A DNA stretch of 36,840 nt, from IMG/VR virus record IMGVR_UViG_3300014656_006064, positions 1 through 36,840 of that record. One strand, given 5' to 3'. Under the pieces are notes generated by a model. The model saw only the letters and a list, made by a program, of their open reading frames with translations, ran no database searches and was not told where the DNA came from. The DNA comes from a virus. Lineage: Duplodnaviria; Caudoviricetes. This document shows, piece by piece, positions 18,359-27,216 of this stretch. The stretch's first letter is position 1; the number at the start of each line of letters is the position of its first letter. The translations under genes and the position numbers were made by a program.

Positions 18359-19336
18359 TTAGGTGAGCGCCGTCTCGGTGTCGAGGATGGACTCCCAGCA
18401 CCGGAAGGGGATGCCGCCGACCGCGGCCACGGGGCCGAAGCCGACGATCTCGCGGAGGTTGTACGCCGCGTTCGTCTTGTTGTAGGCGTTGGCCTCGATC
18501 TGGCCGAGGATCGTCCTATTGGCGAAGGACACGGCGTTCTTGCCGCGCGAGGGAAGCTGGTTCTTCACCTTGGCGAGGTAGACGGACGGGTCGAACAGGT
18601 TCGAAGAACCCGCGGTCTCGATGTTGCAGTAGCGGTTCATCGCCCGCTCATTGCGACATACGATGCCGGCCCATATCTCGTAGTACCTGATCCAGGCCCA
18701 TAGGTCGCCGTCGTCCGCGGGGGTGCGAATGCGCCAGCGGCCACGATCCTCGTTCTTGATGCCGGGCTGTCCGCCCTTCTGGTAGACGAGATAGACGCCC
18801 GCGGGGGTGAACTCGAAAGTCCACACGCTCGTCAGGTCGGAGCCCGTACCGCTGGCGCCCGTGGTGAAAGGCGCGGAGAGAGAGGCGCGGCGAGAAGCGA
18901 AGCCCTTGAAGGCGTCGGGAGCGGAGCCCTGGTCGGCATACATGAGCTGCTTGGCCCAGTCCTGCATGATGCCAGTCAGGTTCATCGCATCCTCGGAGTC
19001 GCGGACGCGATACGCTTCCTCGCCGGTAAGGCCCGCGAGGGCTTTCTCGTCGACCTTTGATTCGGTAGCGTACATCTTGACCGGCTCGGGGATGTAGTCG
19101 CCTTCGCTCGATGCGGAGACGATAGGACCGTTGACCTTGGTAAAGCCGCCAGAACCGAGGCGCTTGGCCTGGAACTGACGGTTATAGTCCTTGTGCGTGG
19201 CGGGATACCACGGGATTTCATCGAGAATATCGAGCTGCTGCGCTATGGCGCCGAGGACATTGGCCTCGCCGTCGTAGCCCGCGCGCTTCGTGATCTCGGT
19301 GAGGGTGAGCATCTTGGTTGCGTCTAGTACGCCCAT
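18359..19336 (-). CDS. Major capsid protein (BPP-1/epsilon15 type)
   Basis: 325 aa; ILDEIPW, SKVDEK.L, FKGFASR, DLTSVW, RYCNIE, GIPFRCWESILDTETAL C-terminus. Confidence 0.9.
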   Translation of the reverse strand: MGVLDATKMLTLTEITKRAGYDGEANVLGAIAQQLDILDEIPWYPATHKDYNRQFQAKRLGSGGFTKVNGPIVSASSEGDYIPEPVKMYATESKVDEKALAGLTGEEAYRVRDSEDAMNLTGIMQDWAKQLMYADQGSAPDAFKGFASRRASLSAPFTTGASGTGSDLTSVWTFEFTPAGVYLVYQKGGQPGIKNEDRGRWRIRTPADDGDLWAWIRYYEIWAGIVCRNERAMNRYCNIETAGSSNLFDPSVYLAKVKNQLPSRGKNAVSFANRTILGQIEANAYNKTNAAYNLREIVGFGPVAAVGGIPFRCWESILDTETALT

Positions 19337-19516
19337 GATGACCTTCCTTGCTTGAGAAGACTTGCGCGGCTGTCTGTTGGGTCTCTTAGCGCCGTCCTGT
19401 CCCCAGTGGGAGGCGGGCTATCTACTACCTACTCGGTTTCGATGCCAGTCAAATCCTGGTCTATTACCGGCGCGTACCGTACAGCTTGCCGCTGTACCGC
19501 ATACGCGGTAGAGAGA

Positions 19517-19588
19517 TTGCGGGGAAGGGACTCGAACCCTTGTTTCCGGTTTATGAGACCGGCGTACTGGCCGCTATACGACCCCACT
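19517..19588 (-). tRNA. tRNA with CAT anticodon (Met/fMet-like), CCA not encoded
   Basis: Cloverleaf: acceptor AGTGGGG/CCCCGCA, D stem GTAT/GTAC, anticodon arm CCGGT-CTCATAA-ACCGG, T arm AAGGG-TTCGAGT-CCCTT, A73. Confidence 0.88.
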
Positions 19589-19697
19589 ACTGGCTCCCGG
19601 CTTCCACGGGATTCATCGGGTTGCTTGACGGGAGGAACCGAACCGTCTCGCTCACGACTTGGACTGGCTATTTTGCAACGGATGAACGGATACCCTA

Positions 19698-19726
19698 TCT
19701 ATAACCGTTCACGCATGAATCGTCAA
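19698..19726 (-). promoter_or_regulatory. Putative sigma70 promoter for tRNA and capsid transcript
   Basis: TTGACG, 17 bp, TATAGA; the -10 is bracketed by inverted repeat TGAACGG (19683-19689)/CCGTTCA (19705-19711). Confidence 0.5.
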
Positions 19727-19878
19727 GAGCTTTTCTTGCCGTACGCCTTCTCGAAGTCCGGCGAGTAGTTCATCGCTGACTTGGTTTCGCCCTGGTGTTC
19801 ATCCGTTTGAACAGTCGCGGGCGGGGTCTCTGCGGGCGCGGGGATTCCCTTGAGGATGTCGTCGAGTAGGTCGCTCAC
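19723..19878 (-). CDS. 51-aa ORF sharing the scaffold C-terminal motif (MSDLLDDILKGIPAPAETPPATVQTDEHQGETKSAMNYSPDFEKAYGKKSS)
   Basis: Manual translation; GGAGG RBS, GTG overlapping scaffold TGA. Confidence 0.7.
   Translation of the reverse strand: MSDLLDDILKGIPAPAETPPATVQTDEHQGETKSAMNYSPDFEKAYGKKSS
19796..19813. promoter_or_regulatory. Palindromic site TGTTCA-N6-TGAACA (copy 1)
   Basis: TGTTCA TCCGTT TGAACA; same motif at 24089 and 36531. Confidence 0.4.
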
Positions 19879-20672
19879 TTGTTGCCTCCAAACTGCCTGT
19901 TGAAATCGTCGGAGTAGTTACCTCCGAACTGCCCCGGCCCCTTCGGTGACGTAGTTTCCTTGCCGTCCACGTAGGGCGAATCGTCGAGCTTCGCGGACAG
20001 CACGGCGATCTTCGCGGCGAAGCGGGGGTTGAAGAGGAGCCCGGAGTCGGCGATCTCCTTGACGAGTTCAGCGTCGCCGATCTCCGTAGCCATGAACTTG
20101 GTCAGCCGGTTCGTGACTTCCTCGGCCTTCTTCGCGTCGCCTCCTACGGTCTCGAGGAGCCGGGCGGGGAAGGTCTTCTGCGTCTCCGCCTTAGCCTGTG
20201 TCTGCGCGTCGGTGCCGGTCTTCACGAGGCCGGCCACGAAATCGAATACCTTGCCGGCCTGTCCCTTGGTGAGACCCGCGGTCACGGCGAGAGTACGCGA
20301 GGCCTCGGTAAGCTTGTCGATGTTCGGAGCTCCCTTGTAGGCGTCCGCGTTGAAGGTGTAGTCCTCGGGCTTCTCGGGTATGCCCATAGTTCTCTTGAAC
20401 GCGGCCATGTCCTCGGGCGTCGCGGTCTTGGGGTCGGGAATGACGACGGCGCGGGCGAGCTTGGCCTCCATGCCGATATGCGCGTCCACGAGGTCGTTGA
20501 GCTTGGCGTACTTGTGGAGCTCCTTCTTGTCCCTGCGGTCCGGGGATACCTGAGTTAGCCACGTCGGGGGGCCTGCGGGTTCGGCGGGCGGGGTAGCCGG
20601 TTCCACGGCCGGGGGCTCGCCGCCTCCGCCTCCGTCATCGGGAGCGTATCGAATCATCAGTCTCGGGTCCAT
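19875..20672 (-). CDS. Capsid scaffolding/assembly protein
   Basis: Pro/Gly-rich N-terminus, KYAKLNDLVDAH, G.PEKPEDY, GLTKGQA motifs; between portal and MCP. Confidence 0.85.
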   Translation of the reverse strand: MDPRLMIRYAPDDGGGGGEPPAVEPATPPAEPAGPPTWLTQVSPDRRDKKELHKYAKLNDLVDAHIGMEAKLARAVVIPDPKTATPEDMAAFKRTMGIPEKPEDYTFNADAYKGAPNIDKLTEASRTLAVTAGLTKGQAGKVFDFVAGLVKTGTDAQTQAKAETQKTFPARLLETVGGDAKKAEEVTNRLTKFMATEIGDAELVKEIADSGLLFNPRFAAKIAVLSAKLDDSPYVDGKETTSPKGPGQFGGNYSDDFNRQFGGNK

Positions 20673-21005
20673 CTATTCCTCCTCTGCGGCGACTATGGCC
20701 GCTCGTTGCTCGCGGAGGTCTTCATCGTCTGCGATCTTGACGATGGCCCGCGCGAAGTTGAAAACATTCAAGGGGTGGGTCGCTCCTATGGAATTCAGAA
20801 GCCGATTCACCTGGGCGATGAGCTGGGGGTTCACGGTGTCGGGATTGGTAGAGTAGTACCCTGCGTCGTCCATCATCTGCGCGATGGTTGCTATCGCGTC
20901 GTCGCTGGCGTAGACATGGCGATAGGTCTGGCGAGTGGTCATGGCCTTGTCGATCTTGATGAGGGCGAGGGCTTTCTCCTCGTGGGTCATCTTCAAGGGG
21001 GTCAT
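20673..21005 (-). CDS. Conserved head-module protein (Bbp19-like position)
   Basis: TYRHVYASDDAIATIAQM pattern; between portal and scaffold. Confidence 0.55.
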   Translation of the reverse strand: MTPLKMTHEEKALALIKIDKAMTTRQTYRHVYASDDAIATIAQMMDDAGYYSTNPDTVNPQLIAQVNRLLNSIGATHPLNVFNFARAIVKIADDEDLREQRAAIVAAEEE

Positions 21006-21259
21006 GGCAATACCCTTGAATCGGTTGTTTTCCCTACCCTCGGCAGTCCGTTGACGCCATCACTCACCCCGTAGGTATTTTCATAGTGCAAATGGTGATT
21101 GCACCCTTGAATCCGCTCGACCGTCGGAACGTCATTCCTGTGCTTGTACTTGTTCACGGCCACGCGTATTTTCCAGTAAAGCAAGTCTCCGGCTTTCTCT
21201 GCCAAGCGAAGTACGAGGGCTATAAAGAATACCCCTATGAAAAACGCAAATGGACTCAC
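21002..21259 (-). CDS. Small membrane protein, lower GC
   Basis: GTGA/ATGA overlaps with both neighbours; hydrophobic N-terminus. Confidence 0.55.
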   Translation of the reverse strand: MSPFAFFIGVFFIALVLRLAEKAGDLLYWKIRVAVNKYKHRNDVPTVERIQGCNHHLHYENTYGVSDGVNGLPRVGKTTDSRVLP

Positions 21260-22944
21260 GCCTGCCCTCCCTTCATCGCGGCCTCGACGGGGCTACCTGG
21301 CTCGACGGCCTTGCCTCCTGCGGAGAGCATGGACGCCTGGGCCTTGGTCGTCTCGTTCTTGAGCTGTTGCGCGGCGGCCATGGCCTGCGCCTTGTCTCTG
21401 GCGTCACGGATGCGCTGCACGTCCACGAGGTCGCGCACGACGCGCCGGTCCTGGTTGTACGCCTCGGCGATAGAGTCTGCGTATGCGTCGAGGTCTACCT
21501 TGTCCATGATCTTCTGGTCGACCTGTGCAACTTGCAGGATCCTCGCCATGAATTCGTCGGTCTCGTTGAGCATCATGTACCGCTTCTGTAGCTGGGTAAG
21601 CGGGCTGATGAGGTCGACGCGGACGTTCTTGCCCTTGAGGCTTTCGGGGATAGGTGGGAGCCGGCCGTAGCGAAGTTCCAGGGCGAAGATGTCCTCGACG
21701 GCGGGCTCGAGGAATTCGACGGTCAGGCGCCCGGACATAGCGGCGAGCATAGCTGCCTGTTCGCCCTTGATGTATGTCGCCTCGGTGGCGGTCTTCACGC
21801 GCTCGAGGTTGGCGGTCAGGGTCAGGAAGAAATCGGTGTAGTACGATTCTCGGATGCTCTTCTGTAGGTCTTGCATCGACGCGATGATACCGTCGAGCGG
21901 GCCGGATATCGGTACGGGCGCGAAGTCGTCGCCGGGTCGCATGAAATGCTTGTAGTTCGGCTCGATGTGGACGCCCTGGGCCTGCATGCCTTCGGTCGCC
22001 TTGATCGGCGGGCGGGCCGCAAGCTGTATGAGCCGGGCGAAATCCTTCTTCTGGCTGTTGGCCTGCAGGATGTTCGAGTACTCGATCATGCCAGGGGAGT
22101 CTACGCCCCATACGTCGCCGTCGAGCGAGCGCGCCCAACGCCAAACGTAGAAGGGCCGGGTCTCGTACCCGCCCTCCATGATCGCCGTGAGCCCGTCCTC
22201 CTCCATGGCGTACAGGCTGTAGAATTCCTTACCGGCGCGCGCCTGGATATCGAGGTCGTACTTGTCCTTCGGCATGATGAACTGTAGATACTTGCGCTTC
22301 TTGGTGTCCTTTTCCTTGAGCGCTTCCTTCACGGCCTGGGGGAGATTGTTCTCCCCGAAGAACCTTGCAGCCTCGAAGGGCGAGAGCCAGAAGTCGCGGA
22401 AGAGGGTATCGACCTCGCCGAATTCATTCTCGGCGATGAGGGTACGCTTCAGGTGCAGGGTGTGATAGATAGGCATAGCGCGGGCTTCGTTGAAGTCGCG
22501 GAACATGATGCCGGTCGCGAAGTCGGCCGCGCTCCTGGTGAACGCGCGGCCCTCCTCGTAGAACGTCGTCCGCGCGAAGTCCAGGGCCATGGCTCTGTCA
22601 GCCTGCTGAAGCCATTCGGCGGCCGGCTTGTCCTTGGCGAGGTCGAGGTCTTCCGGGCGGGTTGCGATCCACGGGACGGTACGGCCGAACGCGGCGGACT
22701 GCATGCCGTTAGCGAATATGTCGCTGGCCTTCTGCGCGCTGTTGTCGTAGTTGTCCTTCTTGCTCGGTAGAGCTTTCTGCCCGGGCGCCGTATCTTCGTC
22801 CCAGTCGGACATGGTGGGATTCACCTTCGGCGCATACTGCTTCCAGTAATCCACGTATGGGCGCCGCTCGGTTATGTACTGCTTCCTGATGTTCGCCAGG
22901 TGCTCGAGGGCGTCCTTGGATATCCTCGGCTTCTGTAGGTCCAT
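21256..22944 (-). CDS. Portal / head-to-tail connector (T7 gp8-like)
   Basis: Start refined to ATG 22944 (MDLQKPRISK); GEVDTLFR, F.V.RW....G.VWG...P, KTATE, L..EFL.P, ISPL motifs. Confidence 0.92.
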   Translation of the reverse strand: MDLQKPRISKDALEHLANIRKQYITERRPYVDYWKQYAPKVNPTMSDWDEDTAPGQKALPSKKDNYDNSAQKASDIFANGMQSAAFGRTVPWIATRPEDLDLAKDKPAAEWLQQADRAMALDFARTTFYEEGRAFTRSAADFATGIMFRDFNEARAMPIYHTLHLKRTLIAENEFGEVDTLFRDFWLSPFEAARFFGENNLPQAVKEALKEKDTKKRKYLQFIMPKDKYDLDIQARAGKEFYSLYAMEEDGLTAIMEGGYETRPFYVWRWARSLDGDVWGVDSPGMIEYSNILQANSQKKDFARLIQLAARPPIKATEGMQAQGVHIEPNYKHFMRPGDDFAPVPISGPLDGIIASMQDLQKSIRESYYTDFFLTLTANLERVKTATEATYIKGEQAAMLAAMSGRLTVEFLEPAVEDIFALELRYGRLPPIPESLKGKNVRVDLISPLTQLQKRYMMLNETDEFMARILQVAQVDQKIMDKVDLDAYADSIAEAYNQDRRVVRDLVDVQRIRDARDKAQAMAAAQQLKNETTKAQASMLSAGGKAVEPGSPVEAAMKGGQA

Positions 22945-22952
22945 GTAACCCC

Positions 22953-23678
22953 CTAGTAGTAGTCTGCGGGCTCCCAGTCGCCCGCTTGCGATGACGCGGC
23001 CGGGATGACCCGTTCCTCGTCCTTGCTCCCTCCCCGGAGAATCCACCATGCCGCCATGAGGAGGCATACCACCATGTCGTCGTGGTCGTCCTCGCTGTCG
23101 GCTTCGTATCTCGTTCGGCCCTTCTCGTTCACCTTGCCACGGAAGGCCATGAGCTGCGCCTTGAAGTCGTCGCCCCAACGCAAGCCCTCGGCGACCCGGA
23201 TGCGTCCCTGCTCGATCAAGAGCTTTCCCGCGGCCACAAGGTCGGCTTTCGGTACGTGGAGCTCTCGGATGATCTTCAATGGCGCGAGCTGGCCGGGGCT
23301 GTTCTTGAATACCGTCCCGAACGGCGCGGTCACTTCCTGGACCTGTCCGCCAGCGGTGAACACGATAGGGATAGGCCGCAAGCCCCTGTCGCGCAAGAGG
23401 TCGACCACGGCCGCGCCGACTCCGGTTCCGTCGACGAGTAGGTCGCATGAGTGGGCCAGGTCTTTATGCTTCATGCGCGACTCGATGATGTCCGCCGTCC
23501 GTACATACGGCACGTTGTTGAACTTGTCGATGGCTACGATGTCGGCATAGACGCGGACGCGATCGGGAGACTTCAATAGGTCGGACCCGTTGACGATCTC
23601 GGCCGTCCGCTTCACGGTGAAACCCGCGGTGAAGTCGCGTTTCTTGGCGATGTCCCATACCGACATGAATTCGTTCAC
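22953..23678 (-). CDS. Terminase large subunit, nuclease domain (separate gene)
   Basis: GTG 23678 overlapping yopX stop; WDIAKKRDFTA, LVDGTGVGAAVVD, HDDMV RNase H-fold motifs. Confidence 0.85.
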   Translation of the reverse strand: MNEFMSVWDIAKKRDFTAGFTVKRTAEIVNGSDLLKSPDRVRVYADIVAIDKFNNVPYVRTADIIESRMKHKDLAHSCDLLVDGTGVGAAVVDLLRDRGLRPIPIVFTAGGQVQEVTAPFGTVFKNSPGQLAPLKIIRELHVPKADLVAAGKLLIEQGRIRVAEGLRWGDDFKAQLMAFRGKVNEKGRTRYEADSEDDHDDMVVCLLMAAWWILRGGSKDEERVIPAASSQAGDWEPADYY

Positions 23679-24073
23679 TTCTCTAACAGCTCCGGGTTTT
23701 CGTGTATGTTTCCGATGACTTCGGTATCTTGATTGAACGTGAGCGCCACACCGATAGTGCAATACTCGCCCCAGCTCCAGGCAACGGGGCTCTCGGCTTC
23801 AACGACGGCGATTTGGTCGAGTGGCCCATACGATCGAACGGCTTTCACGATATCCCCCTCGTAAATTTCCGTACCGTTTTTGTCGTCGATGCCGGTGAAT
23901 TGGCCTACAGTCTTCGGATCGACTTCTATGAAACCATATCCAAAGTCTACGTCACCGAAGTCAAGCCCATTACGAATTGGATGAATAAAAGCCCTCGTGT
24001 CGGTAAACAGAAGATACCCATAGGCCCATTCGCTGCTGTCTAGCGCTCTACCTTTAAACTTAATTACCTTCAT
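23675..24073 (-). CDS. YopX family protein
   Basis: IKFKGR..W.YG, TVGQFTGIDDKNGTEIYEGDIV, EVIGNIHENPELL. Confidence 0.92.
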   Translation of the reverse strand: MKVIKFKGRALDSSEWAYGYLLFTDTRAFIHPIRNGLDFGDVDFGYGFIEVDPKTVGQFTGIDDKNGTEIYEGDIVKAVRSYGPLDQIAVVEAESPVAWSWGEYCTIGVALTFNQDTEVIGNIHENPELLEK

Positions 24074-24088
24074 CCTGTCTTCCTCCTG

Positions 24089-24106
24089 TGTTCACGCGCG
24101 TGAACG
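24089..24106. promoter_or_regulatory. Palindromic site (copy 2) just upstream of yopX RBS
   Basis: Perfect 16-bp palindrome GTTCACGCGCGTGAAC in intergenic DNA. Confidence 0.55.
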
Positions 24107-24129
24107 CTTGTAGAATTTCACAATGCCGA

Positions 24130-25065
24130 CTAATTTTCAAGGTCTGGAAAGATCATTGCCTTGACGGGCGCCAATGCGATGTCGCTGTTCAATGGTTTAA
24201 CGCCTCCCGAGAATATCCGCTCTATCTCGTCATAGCTGAATACCTGGTCTTCTGGTTCAACGAATTCCGCGAGCTGGTTCTGCGCGTACTTCAGGGCGCC
24301 CTGCTTGCTGAGTGCGAATAGCTGCTCCTCGAAATTCGTATGTCTCGGCGAGTAGTACGCCTTGATTCCCGCCTTCGCGCGGCGCACGCGGTACCTTGCT
24401 TCTGGTTCGGCCGGCAAGAGGTTTGTCCTATCGTCAGGGTCCAGCATGAACGGCGCTTTAATCTCGTACCGCTCGAAGTTCTTGTCCGTGAACGTATCAT
24501 GGAAGAACCGCCCGGGGTCTCCGCTCTTGCCATGCGGCGAGGAGATAATAAGCATCCGACATCGGGGGTTTCCGTTGAGCATCGGTATGAGGCAGTCCTC
24601 GAATATCACGTCCATTACGAAGGCGGCCTCGTCTACGATGAGCTTGTGAGGGTTCGGGTATCCACGGGCTGACACCTCCGTCGCCGGTATCACGATGATG
24701 CGCGACCCGTTGGCGAGTTCTATCTGCCTGTCCGATGACCTGACTATCTCCGGGTAGTTCGGATCGTTGAGCATGAAGGCCCGGACGAACCGCATGTCCT
24801 CGACGGCCTGGGCCTCGGTCGGGGCGGTGATGAGCGCGACGGAACCGGGGAAAAATCGCGCCAGGTGACACGGCTCGAAGCCGATCAGGAACGACTTGCC
24901 TCCTCGGCGGGCTCCGTTGATCGATATGAAGCGCCAGTCGCTGGTGATAACGTCCTGCTGCCACTCGTAGGGGTTGAAGCCGATGGATAGCGCGTACTTG
25001 AGCGGAGACAGGGTATAGAGCAAGTCCGCCCGCTCTCTACGGGGGAGGGGGAGGACAGGGGTCAA
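24130..25065 (-). CDS. Terminase large subunit, ATPase domain (separate gene)
   Basis: PYEWQ, Walker A GARRGGKS, APTEAQA, ELANGSRI, Walker B LIVDEAAF, ISSP coupling motif, QLAEFV. Confidence 0.9.
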   Translation of the reverse strand: MTPVLPLPRRERADLLYTLSPLKYALSIGFNPYEWQQDVITSDWRFISINGARRGGKSFLIGFEPCHLARFFPGSVALITAPTEAQAVEDMRFVRAFMLNDPNYPEIVRSSDRQIELANGSRIIVIPATEVSARGYPNPHKLIVDEAAFVMDVIFEDCLIPMLNGNPRCRMLIISSPHGKSGDPGRFFHDTFTDKNFERYEIKAPFMLDPDDRTNLLPAEPEARYRVRRAKAGIKAYYSPRHTNFEEQLFALSKQGALKYAQNQLAEFVEPEDQVFSYDEIERIFSGGVKPLNSDIALAPVKAMIFPDLEN

Positions 25066-25364
25066 TCATGCGCTCCGAATGTTTCGTACAAGGCGAGCGC
25101 TACATGCCCGGCGCTTCCGCCTTGCGACAGGTCGGCGATAGATTGGGCGAGGTCCATAGCCTGCTCTCTGGTAATCTTCGGTAGACTTACGACTTGCTTC
25201 TGAACGAAGAGCGGGCTCTGCCGTCCTTGTAATTCCTTGCCTAAAAATTGAATTATCTTGAGCAATTCCGGTTTCTCGAATTGCTCTATTTGTACTCCCA
25301 TAAACGTTGATACGCCGTCCAATTCTGGGAGCATTGCCTTTGCTTGTTCTAGTTTATAGTCCAT
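25062..25364 (-). CDS. Hypothetical protein, lower GC
   Basis: RBS and overlaps with both terminase genes. Confidence 0.6.
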   Translation of the reverse strand: MDYKLEQAKAMLPELDGVSTFMGVQIEQFEKPELLKIIQFLGKELQGRQSPLFVQKQVVSLPKITREQAMDLAQSIADLSQGGSAGHVALALYETFGAHD

Positions 25365-26034
25365 CTTCTCCCTCCATCTTCGCCAGTTCCTCGACCATCT
25401 TGGCGCGGACCTGCGGATAGCCCTCGGTCGCCTTCACGATGATCGCCTTGATCGCGGTGAAGGTCTGGTTGATGTTCACCGTGACCCCGCCTTCGACCAG
25501 CTTGCCCGCGAGCTTCGCCCGTAGCTCCATCGTCCCCTTGAGGCAGTTCGCGGCCTCTAGTAGCAGCTTCCGGGGGTCGGCATGTCGGTACTTTAATTCG
25601 ACCGGCGACATGCCTTTGTCCTCCATTCGCTCAAGGATCGTCTGTAGGGCTTCCTTGTGGTAGGTCGGCTTCTTCTCGCCTTCCTCCTGGGTTCGATACT
25701 GGACGTTGATCTCCCATGCCCTCGGGAATAGGTCGTACTCGTTCGGGTTTGTAGGATCCTGAAGGTACCGCTCGCAAGCGTCGAATAGCTTCTCGACCCT
25801 CTTGTCCCGCTCGATCAGCTCGTCGATCAGGGTCTTCCCGGCTTCCTTGTCCTGTTCCAGGATCACGGCCGCGGCCTTCTCCATGAGCTTGTCGTTGAGG
25901 TATCTACTGACGCTTGAGACGGTTATGTCATATTGTCGCCCTATGTCTCGAAGCGATTGCTTCCCGGCTATAATGGCCTTGATGATCTTCTGCTTCTGAG
26001 GATGTTCTTCTACAGTCCATTTACGGCCGGGCAT
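25354..26034 (-). CDS. Terminase small subunit (probable)
   Basis: HPQKQKI..AI, HTH SLRDIGRQYDITVSSVSRY, EL.AKLAGKL..G.TVNIN; upstream of TerL. Confidence 0.72.
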   Translation of the reverse strand: MPGRKWTVEEHPQKQKIIKAIIAGKQSLRDIGRQYDITVSSVSRYLNDKLMEKAAAVILEQDKEAGKTLIDELIERDKRVEKLFDACERYLQDPTNPNEYDLFPRAWEINVQYRTQEEGEKKPTYHKEALQTILERMEDKGMSPVELKYRHADPRKLLLEAANCLKGTMELRAKLAGKLVEGGVTVNINQTFTAIKAIIVKATEGYPQVRAKMVEELAKMEGEDGL

Positions 26035-26037
26035 GGG

Positions 26038-26691
26038 TTACGCTTTAACCCTCGGGATGCCGAGTACCCATACCCACGCGTTATCGCTCGCTGGGTACGT
26101 ACAACCGTTGATGCTTTCCCATAGGGCTAAGAAAGCAGCGCGAGGCGTCTTGCCTCTCGGTATATTGTCCCCGCCTAGTACGCCATAGGGGTAACGGTCT
26201 CCGGGGGCTACCTCTGTGATTCCCTCTTGAATCGCGTCCTCGTCGGTTATGTCTAGCAAGCGCTCAACACGGACGGATACAAGGTCAAGATCGATGCGCG
26301 AAGCCCGTCGGGGCATATGGATCGAGGGGCGCCACTTGAATCCTTGACGGGTATCGTCGGCCTTGTAATCCACCCATCCTTGGGGCGCTCCTTCTGGCAG
26401 TCTCCAGGTCTCTCGTACCCATAGCCGATCGCCGGGTTGGCCGTAGGGGCATCCGACAGGTTGCCACGCCCCATCTCTAACCGGCATGTCGGTGTAGAAA
26501 AGAAAATCTCCCGGAGTACGCCCAGGAAACTCCATTGTAGCGCCAGAAGCGCATTCAACCGCCTTGGGCATCGGCATTGCGTTCTCGATGCCCTGCCATC
26601 GTGGATCGACCACCCGCCGCGTCATAGTCTTTCGCCCGTCGAGGATCGCGCGGACTTCCCAGTCTTTACATATAATCGATCGCTCTTTCAT
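26038..26691 (-). CDS. ASCH/PUA-like phage protein
   Basis: VRAILDGRKTMTRR, CPYGQPGDRLWVRETW, WRPSIHMPRRASRI, ERLLDITDEDAIQEG. Confidence 0.85.
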   Translation of the reverse strand: MKERSIICKDWEVRAILDGRKTMTRRVVDPRWQGIENAMPMPKAVECASGATMEFPGRTPGDFLFYTDMPVRDGAWQPVGCPYGQPGDRLWVRETWRLPEGAPQGWVDYKADDTRQGFKWRPSIHMPRRASRIDLDLVSVRVERLLDITDEDAIQEGITEVAPGDRYPYGVLGGDNIPRGKTPRAAFLALWESINGCTYPASDNAWVWVLGIPRVKA

Positions 26692-26969
26692 GCTATCCTC
26701 CGTTCCTTAATCTCCCGGCCCATGAACATAAGGCGATAGCCTTTTTCGCTGTAGCCGATAGTTCCGTTCGCTCTTCTGAAAGCCCTTTTTATAATTGCGG
26801 CATATTCCCCTTCTGTCACCTCTAGTGGCTCGCTGCTCTTCGGAGAGTCCAATATCCTCGTATATACCCGTAAGAAATCAAGATGATCTCTCTCTTCCTC
26901 CGTGAGTATCCCGAGTTCTTCATGGGCTTCAAGTAGGTCTATAGATTCCTGAACAGTTCGGACGCTCAC
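26688..26969 (-). CDS. Hypothetical protein
   Basis: Start refined to GTG 26969 (GGAGG RBS, GTGA overlap). Confidence 0.6.
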   Translation of the reverse strand: MSVRTVQESIDLLEAHEELGILTEEERDHLDFLRVYTRILDSPKSSEPLEVTEGEYAAIIKRAFRRANGTIGYSEKGYRLMFMGREIKERRIA

Positions 26970-27199
26970 GCTATCCTCCACTCCCTGATAGAATCGATCT
27001 CGCTCGCCGTGGGTCTCCCGTAGGTATCGGGTATCCTGATACCGTTCGCCGAGCCATAGGCATAATGAGAGTTCCCCTTCTTGTCCATAACGATTACCGC
27101 GGTAAGCTCTCCGCGAGGCGTGGGCCTCCTGATGATGCTCGATACCGCCCTGCCGGCCTTCGATGCTCTGGCGGCCTCTTCCCATGTTCGATATACCAT
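26966..27199 (-). CDS. Hypothetical protein
   Basis: AGGAGG RBS, operon packing. Confidence 0.65.
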   Translation of the reverse strand: MVYRTWEEAARASKAGRAVSSIIRRPTPRGELTAVIVMDKKGNSHYAYGSANGIRIPDTYGRPTASEIDSIREWRIA

Positions 27200-27216
27200 G
27201 ATTTCCTCCTGTCCGG

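Noticed and set aside
19352-19768. + strand ORFs across the capsid leader
   Set aside because: Overlap a well-formed minus-strand tRNA and promoter; no protein features
23675-24130. Intron or intein interrupting terL
   Set aside because: Insert is a normal yopX gene with RBS; no homing endonuclease, splice motifs or in-frame continuity
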